Assembly (NCBI GenBank): GCA_046290225.1
Contig: JBKAGE010000062.1
Location: 1 to 51,400, forward strand
Direction of reading: 5' to 3'
Length of the DNA stretch: 51,400 nt
Source of the DNA: Bradymonadia bacterium
GTDB lineage: Bacteria > Myxococcota_A > Bradymonadia > UBA7976 > UBA1532
The notes below the pieces were generated by a model. It was not told the origin of the DNA, made no database searches, and worked only from the letters and a program-made list of their open reading frames with translations. A program made the translations under genes and the position numbers. Positions within the stretch are counted from its first letter, which is position 1. The number at the start of each line of letters is the position of its first letter. This document shows positions 41,057 to 49,984 of the stretch, piece by piece.

Positions 41057-41905
41057 ATGCGCCTTGGCCTGTGCATACTGTTGTGGGCTCTCTGTCCTCA
41101 GCTTGCCTGGGCGAGCCTGCCCACTGAGCAGGCACTGGATACGATGTGTGTGCAGCTGCACGCGGGCCTCAAGCGTGAGCCGGTGGTGCCTGTTGCAGTC
41201 TTGCCCGATGACATAGATCAAGGCCCCGCTCGCCTCGCCGCCGAGCACATCAGTCATTGCCTCAACAGCAAGGGGGTGTACCTCATTGAGCGCCAGCGTA
41301 TGTCAGCGCTGATTCAGCAGCTTAAGCTCGATCAAGCGGCAGGCGATCCCGAAGCGGTTGCGCGTTTGTCGAGTCTCAGTGGGGCTCGAAGTCTCGTGCA
41401 GATCGCTATGGATGAAATGGACACGCATTACACACTCACCGCGCGATTGGTTTTGGTTGACGGAGGTGTCATACAGACCATCACCCGGCCAGTGCGGGTC
41501 GTGCGAGCCGAGTGGCGGGCGTGGAGCACATCACAGATTGAGCGCAAAAGCCTTCTGGTTGGGTTGGGGGTGGGCGCCATCATGCCTGGCACAGGCCACC
41601 TGTACCATGACCAGCCGACCATCGGCTGGGCTGTAATCGCCCTGGAGGTGGGCCTCGCTGCAGGTGCTCTGGGGTTCCACTTGGAAGGTAGAGCGGAAGA
41701 GAAACACTACAGAGAGGACACTGTGGGCTCAGTGCCTCATCGCGAGCAGGCCGAGGAGGCATATGGCACGCGGAACACGCTCCTGTGGGCCTTTGGTGCG
41801 GTGTATCTCGCTCAGCTCGTGCATCTCGCGCTCATTACGCCCGAGGCGGTGAGCCCGACCGCATCGTCACCACAGACTACCCGAGGATGGGGGTGGTCAT
41901 TTTGA
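41057..41905 (+). CDS. Exported CsgG/FlgO-like domain protein with C-terminal hydrophobic helices
   Basis: Signal peptide ending AWA; VAVLP...LIERQRMSALIQQLKL...LSGARSLV...LTARLVLVDGGVI resembles the CsgG/TolB-N/FlgO fold; C-terminal MPGTGHLY plus TM-like helices. Confidence 0.6.
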   Translation: MRLGLCILLWALCPQLAWASLPTEQALDTMCVQLHAGLKREPVVPVAVLPDDIDQGPARLAAEHISHCLNSKGVYLIERQRMSALIQQLKLDQAAGDPEAVARLSSLSGARSLVQIAMDEMDTHYTLTARLVLVDGGVIQTITRPVRVVRAEWRAWSTSQIERKSLLVGLGVGAIMPGTGHLYHDQPTIGWAVIALEVGLAAGALGFHLEGRAEEKHYREDTVGSVPHREQAEEAYGTRNTLLWAFGAVYLAQLVHLALITPEAVSPTASSPQTTRGWGWSF

Positions 41906-43155
41906 ACCTTCTGTTTTGGTGTATGTGGGCTGTCTGGCCCCAACTTGGCAACTCACAGGGCACGTTGAGCCTTGTAGAGATGGTAGATGGGCAAAGTCTC
42001 AGCGCTCCAGGCCCAGGGGCGAGGGCGCTGTCGACAGCATTGCTCGCAGAGTACCCTGGAGGTGCTTTGCCTCAGGGCGTGCGCATCACAGGTGAAGCTG
42101 TGGCGCTCAAGTGGGCTGACTCACCCTTGGGCCCTGATGTGCACCAGTACACTGCAGAGGCCAGCCTCACACTCCACATGCCTGGTCGCCCTCAGCGCTA
42201 TGTCAGCGCTGCAGGCCAGGGCAGCCACTTTCAGGGGCCTTTTGCCGCGCGGCGCGCCCTCGCTGATGCCGGCACCAAGGCCGCGCAAAAAGTGCTCGCT
42301 CACCTCGACACCATAGATCTGCCTTCAGGTGTGCTGACGCGGGGCGTGCGGACCGTGCATGCTGACAAGGCCAGCGCGCAGATCCCCAAGGGTCCGCTCT
42401 ACGCGCGATCGATCGCGGTGGTCATCGGCATCAACCGCTACGCCAAGATGACTCGACATCTCGAAGCCGCTGAGGCCGACGCTCGGCGTGTGGCAACATT
42501 CTTCAAAGGCCAGGGCTTCGATGTGTATCCGCTGTTGGGAGCCGACGCCACTCGACAGAAGATCAGCACCCTCATCGGTGATACTCTGCGTCAGAGCACT
42601 CAAGCAAAAGATAGAGTGGTCATCTATTTCGCCGGTCACGGCCTCACTGAGGGCCAGGGTGACAGGGCCATGGGCTACCTCGCAGCCCAGGACACCGACG
42701 AGGGGGCGCTACGGTCCACGGGCGTCTCGATGCTGGCGCTGCAGCGCTGGTTAGGGCATTTGCCTGCGCGCCATGTGATGCTGCTTGCTGACGCATGCTA
42801 CTCCGGCTTGGCCATCAACAGCCGCGCAGGGCCCCCGTTGAGCGGTGTCGAGGCCCCACGCTGGCTGCGGTTGGCCTTGGAGGGGGACTCCAAGATCACG
42901 TTGGTAGCGGGCCGAAAGGGCGAGCTGGCTCATGAGATTGACGGGCAGGGTGTGTTCACTGCAGCCGTGCTCAATGGGCTGAGAGGGGCTGCAGATCTAG
43001 ATCTCAACGGCTTCATCACTGGTGATGAGCTCGCCGCCTTCATCAAACCTCAGGTCACGCGGCGCGTACTGCAGGCCGTCGACGCGCCACAGCGACCTCA
43101 GTATGCCCGCACGGGTGGAGGGGAGATGGTGTTTCGAGTGCCCTCTCTGAAGTGA
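41902..43155 (+). CDS. Caspase-family (peptidase C14) protease
   Basis: AVVIGINRY, L..AEADA, LLGADATRQKI, catalytic His YFAGHG, catalytic Cys LADACYSG, GVFT..VLNGLRGAADLDLNGFIT. Start likely TTG 41902 (TTGA overlap) or ATG 41887. Confidence 0.92.
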   Translation: MNLLFWCMWAVWPQLGNSQGTLSLVEMVDGQSLSAPGPGARALSTALLAEYPGGALPQGVRITGEAVALKWADSPLGPDVHQYTAEASLTLHMPGRPQRYVSAAGQGSHFQGPFAARRALADAGTKAAQKVLAHLDTIDLPSGVLTRGVRTVHADKASAQIPKGPLYARSIAVVIGINRYAKMTRHLEAAEADARRVATFFKGQGFDVYPLLGADATRQKISTLIGDTLRQSTQAKDRVVIYFAGHGLTEGQGDRAMGYLAAQDTDEGALRSTGVSMLALQRWLGHLPARHVMLLADACYSGLAINSRAGPPLSGVEAPRWLRLALEGDSKITLVAGRKGELAHEIDGQGVFTAAVLNGLRGAADLDLNGFITGDELAAFIKPQVTRRVLQAVDAPQRPQYARTGGGEMVFRVPSLK

Positions 43156-43167
43156 GGCGCTATGTGA

Positions 43168-43833
43168 TCAGGGCTTCGCCTTCACCGTAAACTTCATCCG
43201 ATAGATCGACAGCCCCTCAACGTGCTTCACGCTGCGCGTCTTGACCAGCGTCTGAAGCGGGTAGGGCAGCGGTGTAGGGCTGGTGACCATGGCCAGTGTC
43301 TCTTCGGCAGGTGTGTTGTCTGCAGTGAAGGTCATGGGTGACGCTTTAATCCGATGATGACCATCAGGGCTCGCTGGAGGCAGAGGTCCTTCATAGAGGA
43401 CCTTGCCACTATCGCCGGATTGATGCAGCAGGTACACATGGTGCGCTGTAGGTGAGGCCACGTCGAGCACGGCGACGAGTTGTTGCCCGTCAGTAAATGG
43501 AGGCTGCTGGCGCTCACCATCAGGGGATTCCAGCCACCAGGCATCCGCTGTGATGGCCTGGGCGGGTAGGGGGTGCTTAGACCACCACAGCCCCCCGAAG
43601 ATCATCAGCAGCACCCCCGCTGCGGCGGCGAGCCATATCACCGCAACACGGCGGGATTGTGTGGGCACATCGCTCGGTGGATCGACGAGATCTTGCCGCA
43701 AGCTCAGCAACGCCTCTGACTCCGAGGTTGCCTCTGGCACGCCGAGCGTCTTGGGTGCCCCTTGCGGCGGCGCCACCAGCTCTGCTCGCAGCGCCAACAA
43801 CGCGTCGAGCTCTTCTTCGACAGACGGGCTCAT
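43168..43833 (-). CDS. Single-pass membrane protein, putative anti-sigma factor (extracytoplasmic DUF4384-like beta domain)
   Basis: Overlaps the stop of the ECF sigma gene (ATGA); short cytoplasmic N-terminus, TM VIWLAAAAGVLLMIFGGLWW, then HVYLLHQ..G..KVLY..FTADNTPAEETLAMVTSPTPL pattern. Confidence 0.65.
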   Translation of the reverse strand: MSPSVEEELDALLALRAELVAPPQGAPKTLGVPEATSESEALLSLRQDLVDPPSDVPTQSRRVAVIWLAAAAGVLLMIFGGLWWSKHPLPAQAITADAWWLESPDGERQQPPFTDGQQLVAVLDVASPTAHHVYLLHQSGDSGKVLYEGPLPPASPDGHHRIKASPMTFTADNTPAEETLAMVTSPTPLPYPLQTLVKTRSVKHVEGLSIYRMKFTVKAKP

Positions 43834-44438
43834 TTGATCACCTTCAGCTGCGCGCGCTCGCGACGTTGGATGGCTTCGGCGAGGCGAGCCTTGATTCGGG
43901 TCACTCGCACCGAGACCGCCGAGGGGTTGAGGCCTACTGCGGGGCCGATGACATCAGGGTGTTGTTGCAGGGTGATACGGCGCTCGAAGATCTCGCGGTC
44001 CAGCTCGGGCAGCGCAGCGATGGCTTCGTTGAGCAGCGCGATCTTCTGACGTGCCGCCGTTCGAGCTTCTGGTGAGGGGAATCGTTCTCTGAAAAGGCTC
44101 TCTCGAGCGGCTTCTGCCTGCTCGTCGAGCAGAGAAGAGCGACGTTGAGTACGGCGGCGATCATTCTTGGCGCGATCTCGCAGCATGCGCCGCAGCCACT
44201 CATACACCGGCGGTTCGCCATCGTAAGCGGGCAGTTCGTGCACCACCCGCTCCATGACATCTTGCACTAGATCATCGCCGTCACCAGCCACTCTACGGGT
44301 AGCCATCGAGCCCAACCATCGCCGGAATCGGTGCCAGATGAGCTGAGTGGCGGCATTTACACTCTCATCTCGGGCGATGAGCAGCTCCCGCGTGAACGGG
44401 TCGAGCGCCTGCACGCTCTCGGTCATGTCGATCGACAT
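43830..44438 (-). CDS. ECF (sigma-70 group 4) RNA polymerase sigma factor
   Basis: Region 2 DDLVQDV...WLRRM.R.RA.N..R; region 4 AIAALPELDREIF....VGLNPSAVSVRVTRIKARL; ATG 44438 after GAGGGG. Confidence 0.9.
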   Translation of the reverse strand: MSIDMTESVQALDPFTRELLIARDESVNAATQLIWHRFRRWLGSMATRRVAGDGDDLVQDVMERVVHELPAYDGEPPVYEWLRRMLRDRAKNDRRRTQRRSSLLDEQAEAARESLFRERFPSPEARTAARQKIALLNEAIAALPELDREIFERRITLQQHPDVIGPAVGLNPSAVSVRVTRIKARLAEAIQRRERAQLKVIK

Positions 44439-44549
44439 CGGCCCCTCATATGGAAACAGCACGATCAGTCAGTTGCTCATCGCGCCCAATCAATGGGATG
44501 CATCACCAATTGGATACACCTCGCACTATATGATGGGGCGTCATCTTTC

Positions 44550-44573
44550 TGATCTTTTCACGAAAAAAGATCA
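44550..44573. promoter_or_regulatory. Perfect 9-bp inverted repeat (operator-like) between the divergent ECF sigma and LuxR genes
   Basis: TGATCTTTT-cacgaa-AAAAGATCA, an AT-rich island in GC-rich DNA. Confidence 0.5.
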
Positions 44574-44620
44574 TCGCTCAAGGGCCTTCCTCGATGTGAC
44601 TCGAACGTGGGAGAGATGAC

Positions 44621-45652
44621 GTGGGCAGGGCTCCAGGATCAACACATTGGCACACGCAGCCTGTGAGCACGACTGAAAGCTATGAAATAGAGCGAGAGGT
44701 ACTCGGGCGGTTGCTGTTTGATATGTACACAGCTCTTGACGCCGAGCGACCTCTAGAGACGCTCGTCGCAGCCCTGGCAAAGGCCGTCGAAGGCAGCGTG
44801 GTGTCGCTGTGGTCGCGGGATGTGTCGCTGTGTTGGGCCACCGAATATCTCCCAAGAGCTGTGGTGGAGACCATCCTTACACTCCCCCTGGGTGTGGTGA
44901 ATGCCTTCGACTCTCATGGGATATCCCGAGACAACGGGGCCTGGGTGGTGATGCCACTCACCGCTGAGGCACCCAGCGCTGTCGTATGGCACCGAGGACT
45001 GAAAGGGGTTGAGTGTATTGAGCAGCTGTACACGCTGTTCGGCGCCCACGTGGGCCGGATTCTTGATGGGATCGCGGCACGTCAACGACGAGCAGAGGTG
45101 ACACGCTATCTCGATACCCTACAAATACCCATGTTCAAGGGCTTCTCTGGTCGGCTGATGCCGTTCAATGACGCCGCCCAGGTCCTCATGGCCCAAGGTG
45201 AGGGCATCAAGGTCCAAGGGCAATGGGCCCAGGTGATCGACGTTGTGGCTGAGGTCACCCTTCGTCAGCAAATCGAGCGTGTGATGCATGCTCGTCAGCC
45301 CTCTGTGACAGCGGTAGAGATCCCCCGAGCTGGCCACTCACGCAGCCTCTGGGCTTTGGTGATGCGTGGGCGAGACCTCAAAGCTTGTTGGGTGCTGGTG
45401 CATGATCCGTCCCGGCCATGGTGGGGCGAGTTACCCCCCGGACTGTACGAGTTGAGTCCCGCGGAGCGCGCGGTGGTGCAATGGACTCTGAAGGGATACT
45501 CGGCCCCAGAGGTGGCTGAGGAGCTGAAGGTGAGCCCCTGGACGGTGCGTAGTCACCTGAAGCGGGCATTCGTCAAGACGGGTACACATAGACAATCTGA
45601 GTTGGTGGCGCTGTTGGCGCCAGTGATGATGTGGACATCAGCAAAGGGTTGA
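44621..45652 (+). CDS. LuxR-family helix-turn-helix transcriptional regulator, copy 2
   Basis: LSPAERAV...KVSPWTVRSHLKRAFVKTGTHRQSELV; clear paralog of 34267-35409; start may be GTG 44663. Confidence 0.87.
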   Translation: MGRAPGSTHWHTQPVSTTESYEIEREVLGRLLFDMYTALDAERPLETLVAALAKAVEGSVVSLWSRDVSLCWATEYLPRAVVETILTLPLGVVNAFDSHGISRDNGAWVVMPLTAEAPSAVVWHRGLKGVECIEQLYTLFGAHVGRILDGIAARQRRAEVTRYLDTLQIPMFKGFSGRLMPFNDAAQVLMAQGEGIKVQGQWAQVIDVVAEVTLRQQIERVMHARQPSVTAVEIPRAGHSRSLWALVMRGRDLKACWVLVHDPSRPWWGELPPGLYELSPAERAVVQWTLKGYSAPEVAEELKVSPWTVRSHLKRAFVKTGTHRQSELVALLAPVMMWTSAKG

Positions 45653-45691
45653 GCACACAGAGTGTTCACCGGGTGGTGATAGGTGTTGAAG

Positions 45692-45973
45692 ATGAAAGTG
45701 ATGTATTGCGCCATTATGGCGTTTGCAATGTGGGGTTGTGGCGGCGACGAACCTGCCGGCAACACAGGAACTCAAGATATGGGTGGTGTCGGCGGCATGG
45801 GTGGCATCGGCGGATTGGGCGGTACTGGTGGTATGGGAGGTGCCGGAGGCATGGGTGGCGACGGAGGCATGGGTGGCGACGGCGGTATGGCTGGGATAGG
45901 CGGCGAAGGTGGTCAGCCTGCCATTGGTGTATGGGGAGAGTCCAACTGGGGCGAGGCTGTCTTCGCAGAATAG
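45692..45973 (+). CDS. Small Gly/Met-rich lipoprotein with C-terminal WG-x3-WG motif
   Basis: MKVMYCAIMAFAMWGC lipoprotein-like signal; GGMGG repeats; ends GVWGESNWGEAVFAE. Confidence 0.75.
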   Translation: MKVMYCAIMAFAMWGCGGDEPAGNTGTQDMGGVGGMGGIGGLGGTGGMGGAGGMGGDGGMGGDGGMAGIGGEGGQPAIGVWGESNWGEAVFAE

Positions 45974-46057
45974 AACTCAATCTAAGCGTTTTATGTAACG
46001 CTGAATTATGAGCCGCTGGCCAGGTGCGCTTTCGGCTCACATCCTTAGGGAGAAGTC

Positions 46058-48211
46058 ATGAAAATTCGTTACCCATGGCTGGGGGGCATGATGCTGCTCG
46101 CCAGCACCTCTATGGCTCAGACCGTAGACAACCTTGTCGAGTTTCAGACGAGGGAACTCATCAGCGCCGATGTCATGAACAGTCAGTTTTCCAAAGTCAA
46201 GACGGCTGTTGATGCACACAACGACACGCTCGGTGAACACACGACTGATATCGCAGGGCATACCTCATCTCTCATGACGCTCAATGAGGATATGGACGCT
46301 GTGCAGATGCAGTTGATGCAGATGCAAGAGGCGCTCAATCAGCGGGATGAGACCATCAACGACCTCAGCGCCCAGGTCATGGCCATGTCTATGCGCCTGA
46401 ACGCGGTCGATGCTGAGGATGGCGGCGCCCTTGGGGCCATCGACACCCGCTTCAGCGGTGTCGAAGAGCGTTTGGACGCCATTGATGGTGAGGCAGATCC
46501 CGCAGACGAACAGAACGGCGCCCTCGCTGCGCTTGAAGAGCGTGTGGAAGCGCTCGACGGTGACGAAGGTCAAGTCAACGATATCGATGAGCGCCTCACG
46601 GGCGTCATCGATGATGTTGCTCTCCTCAACGGTGGGCAGGCTGATCTTATCGGCCAAATCAACAGCCGCCTCGACGCCCTAGACGGAGCGGACGGCGACG
46701 TGGAGCGCCTTGATGGCCTTGTGAGCAGCCTGAGCGAGCAAACTCAGGCCCATGGCGGAAGGCTCGATGGCCTCGATGGCCCCGATGGCACCATCGCCGC
46801 CATCACCAACCGTCTCAACGGTGTAGACAACAGCATCACCGCGGCGGTGGAGGTCTCCAACGGCTTCGCCGAACGCCTGAACGCCATTGACGGTGCCAAC
46901 GGCTCCGTAGCTCTGGCCAACTCCCGCATCGATGCCATCGTGGGTGAGAACGGCCAAATCGCCACCATTAACGGTCGTATTGATGGCGCCGAAGCAGCCA
47001 ACAACGCCCAGGATGGTCGCCTGAACAGCATTGATGGCCAGATCGCCACCATCAGTGATGACATCAGCGGCATCAACGGCAACATCGCTGGCCTCGGCAC
47101 CCGAGCGGGTAACATCGAAGCCAGCATCACCGCTGTAGATGATGCCTTCACGGCATTCCAGAGCTTGCTCAACATCGAGACGCGAGACACCATCATCGTG
47201 ACGCCCCAGCCCGGCGAGGGGGAGTATGCTCGCCTCGACCAAGCCATCACGGCTCTCGCAGATCGATTCATCCCCGCGGGGCAGCGGGTGACCATCCAAC
47301 TGCAACAGGGTGTCTACATCCATGACGGCCCTGTCATCGTGGATCACCCCCAGGCGAGCCAGATCGACATCATCGGCAACGAAGAAAGTCCCGGCTTAGT
47401 TCAGCTGTTGTTCGGCGGCCAGGGCCGCGGCGGCATCGTGCTCACCGAGAGCATGCCCGAGAGCGTGATCGCTGGCATGACGATCGAATACATCGGGGAA
47501 GGGCAAGGGAGTGCCGCCATCGAGTTGGGCAATGGGGTCTCAGTACAGGCGTTACGCAACCTCATCATCCGTGACTTCAATGGCGCAGCTGAAGGCACCA
47601 ACCGAGGCATCTATATTTCTCTTGAAGCGTCGGCGTTCGTCAGCGATGTCACGATCGAAAACTGTGGTGATGGGGTCCATGTAAATGGTGGGTTCGCCGA
47701 AGTGATTAATACTTCTGTTGTGAACAGTGAGGACTTCCGAGCTGCAGGTTATCGGGCAGTAAATTCTGGCACCATCAGGGTAACTGATTCGACATCTGAA
47801 GAGGGCTTCTATGGTGTTCTTGCCCAAAACGGAAGCTACGCACGAGTCATCAATGTGAGCTCTTCTGGAACAGAATATTATGGTATGAGTGCTTCTGGCA
47901 GCTCTGGGCTTAACTGTACGACATGTGTTGTTGAGTCTGACGCTCGAGCTGGATTCTATGTCTCAAGTGGGTCTTATCTTGGAGTGGGTGGTAACTCATC
48001 TGCATCTGGTGGGGATCATGGCTATCGAGCAACCTACGCCAGTAGGATGTTGGTGTCAGCAGGGAGTTCCGCCGACGGGCATACCACTGACTGCTTTGTT
48101 GCTGATCGGGGGGCCACGATCACTGTACCTGCTGGTAACCTGAATATTGGTAACTGTCCAAACCAGTTTCGGGCGATCTTTGAGGGCTCAATCGTCGAAA
48201 TCCCCAACTGA
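46058..48211 (+). CDS. Secreted fibre-like protein: coiled-coil stalk plus right-handed parallel beta-helix (pectin-lyase/tailspike-like) head
   Basis: Signal peptide ending SMA; about 330 aa of heptad-like RLDA(I/L)DG repeats; neck EYARLDQAITAL...VTIQLQQGVY...IDIIGN; then beta-helix coils (VTIENCGDGVHV, YGVLAQNGS). Confidence 0.78.
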   Translation: MKIRYPWLGGMMLLASTSMAQTVDNLVEFQTRELISADVMNSQFSKVKTAVDAHNDTLGEHTTDIAGHTSSLMTLNEDMDAVQMQLMQMQEALNQRDETINDLSAQVMAMSMRLNAVDAEDGGALGAIDTRFSGVEERLDAIDGEADPADEQNGALAALEERVEALDGDEGQVNDIDERLTGVIDDVALLNGGQADLIGQINSRLDALDGADGDVERLDGLVSSLSEQTQAHGGRLDGLDGPDGTIAAITNRLNGVDNSITAAVEVSNGFAERLNAIDGANGSVALANSRIDAIVGENGQIATINGRIDGAEAANNAQDGRLNSIDGQIATISDDISGINGNIAGLGTRAGNIEASITAVDDAFTAFQSLLNIETRDTIIVTPQPGEGEYARLDQAITALADRFIPAGQRVTIQLQQGVYIHDGPVIVDHPQASQIDIIGNEESPGLVQLLFGGQGRGGIVLTESMPESVIAGMTIEYIGEGQGSAAIELGNGVSVQALRNLIIRDFNGAAEGTNRGIYISLEASAFVSDVTIENCGDGVHVNGGFAEVINTSVVNSEDFRAAGYRAVNSGTIRVTDSTSEEGFYGVLAQNGSYARVINVSSSGTEYYGMSASGSSGLNCTTCVVESDARAGFYVSSGSYLGVGGNSSASGGDHGYRATYASRMLVSAGSSADGHTTDCFVADRGATITVPAGNLNIGNCPNQFRAIFEGSIVEIPN

Positions 48212-48369
48212 GTTTCTCTCTAGAGGGTGGTGTCTACACTACACTCGCACCTGAATTTCTCTGAAATGAAGGGCCAACTCATGCCCAGAACATCTTCAGA
48301 GTATCTGCTATAGCCCTCTCCATTCTGCTTGACACTGTCTTCACTCTATTCCATAGGAACAGTAAACGA

Positions 48370-49722
48370 ATGCCTCTGCGACTCCGCGCTCTATCAGCAA
48401 TCTCATACTGCATACTCCTCGCAGGCTGCTTCGAAGACGCCATCGACAAAGGCGTCTCGGGCGGCTGTGTCGAAGGGGAGCGAGAGCGTTTGCTCGACAT
48501 CTGCCTCTCTCGCGGTGGGAACTTCAGCTCCGACACCTTCACCAACGCATCACAGACATGTGGCGGCGGCGGTGGGCAGTCGCCACAAGGGTTTGAGGCC
48601 GAGGCGGACTGCCAGGCCATCGGCGAGGGGCGCTGTTACATCGAGTGCACCTTCCCCGAAGGCGGTCCGCAGGGTGGCAATGGTGGTGAGCCTGTAGGCG
48701 GCGAACCCATGGGGGGAGCGGGGAGCATGAGCCCACCTGTTGGCGGTGAGCCCGCAGGCGGCACAGGCGGTATGGGTGGCGAACCCATGGGTGGAGTGGG
48801 AGGAGAGAGCATGGGAGGCGTGGGCGGTGAGCCGATGGGGGGCATTGGTGGTGAGCCACAGCCGCTCGCCTGTGAAGACCACGACCGTGCCGAAGCCTGC
48901 GACGAGAATGCGTGTCACTGGTACAGCGGCGCGTGTCACCGTGTGCCTTACTCACCAGAGGAAGGCGTGGCGCTCGGGATAGAGTGGATCAGGATCGAAG
49001 GGGGCTCATTCTCGATGGGCTCCGAGCTCGGTGTCTTCCGTGACAATGAAGATGAGGGGCCTCCACGTGACGTTCAGGTCCCGACATTTCACATCGCCAA
49101 GACCGAGGTCACCGTCGCGCAGTATCGAAATTGTGTCTCGTCAGGCGCCTGTAGTGTGCCATCTTTGAACTCTGGTACAGATCTGGACTTGGAGTGTAAC
49201 TATGGCGAGCAAGGTGCAGATCAACACCCCATCAACTGTGTCACCTGGGAAGAGGCGTCTCAGTTTGCACAGTTCATCGGGGTGAGGCTTCCCACCGAGG
49301 CGGAGTGGGAGTTCACCGCCAAGAGCCGTGGCTCGACTGCTACGTATGCCTGGGGTATGGGCGCGGCGACGTGCAACCTTGCCTCGTTCAATGAGCCCGA
49401 CTCTGGGTATGGGTGTGGGATTGATGGCCCCATCTGGACAACCCAAGTGTGCAGTCGTCCTGCTGGTAACACCGAGCAGGGGCTCTGTGACATGAACGGT
49501 AACGTCGAAGAGTGGGTGCAGGACTACTATGGGCCCTATGCTACGGCGCCGAATGACGGCTCCGCAAATCAAGTCGTCGGTGATGATTTTAGGTGCCACC
49601 GTGGCGGCTCTTTTGCGAGCCCAGCCACTGACAACCTCCGCAACACCCATCGAGGTGCGCGGCCGCAGACCTACAAGAGTGGTCGCCTTGGCTTCCGAGT
49701 AGCCATCGACGACGCAGAGTAG
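48370..49722 (+). CDS. FGE-sulfatase (SUMF1/EgtB/PvdO-type) domain lipoprotein
   Basis: Lipobox LAGC; Cys-rich N-terminus; GGEPMGG repeats; GGSFSMGS, FHIAKTEVTVAQY, HPINCVTW, RLPTEAEWEF, GLCDMNGNVEEW, RGGSF, LGFRVA. Confidence 0.9.
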   Translation: MPLRLRALSAISYCILLAGCFEDAIDKGVSGGCVEGERERLLDICLSRGGNFSSDTFTNASQTCGGGGGQSPQGFEAEADCQAIGEGRCYIECTFPEGGPQGGNGGEPVGGEPMGGAGSMSPPVGGEPAGGTGGMGGEPMGGVGGESMGGVGGEPMGGIGGEPQPLACEDHDRAEACDENACHWYSGACHRVPYSPEEGVALGIEWIRIEGGSFSMGSELGVFRDNEDEGPPRDVQVPTFHIAKTEVTVAQYRNCVSSGACSVPSLNSGTDLDLECNYGEQGADQHPINCVTWEEASQFAQFIGVRLPTEAEWEFTAKSRGSTATYAWGMGAATCNLASFNEPDSGYGCGIDGPIWTTQVCSRPAGNTEQGLCDMNGNVEEWVQDYYGPYATAPNDGSANQVVGDDFRCHRGGSFASPATDNLRNTHRGARPQTYKSGRLGFRVAIDDAE

Positions 49723-49729
49723 GCAGCAC

Positions 49730-49984
49730 TCACGCCCACAAAACCTCCACCCTCGCCCCATCTGGCCCACGGTGCGACTCAAATCGCGTCTGCGGCACAT
49801 CCGCCAGGGCCACCTTCCGTTGGTCGAAAATCACCAGCCAGCCCGTGTCCAGCCCCAGCGCCGTGAGATAACGCTCCGTCTGGGCCAGCCCCTCCTCCAG
49901 CGGATTCCCTCGAGTCGCCCAGCGTTTGATCTCGATGACCTCCTCCTGCAGATCGTGCACATCCCCAGCGATGGGCCAGCGCAC
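49730..49984 (-). pseudogene. Detached C-terminal part (PD-(D/E)xK nuclease-like) of the upstream AAA ATPase gene
   Basis: In frame directly after TAA 49985-49987: VDL*VRWP...VIEIK...GLAQTERYL...GWLVIFD. Confidence 0.75.

Noticed and set aside
48370..49722. Diversity-generating retroelement target (FGE/C-lectin fold at the C-terminus)
   Set aside because: No reverse transcriptase and no template repeat differing at adenines seen in this window; a remote DGR cannot be excluded.
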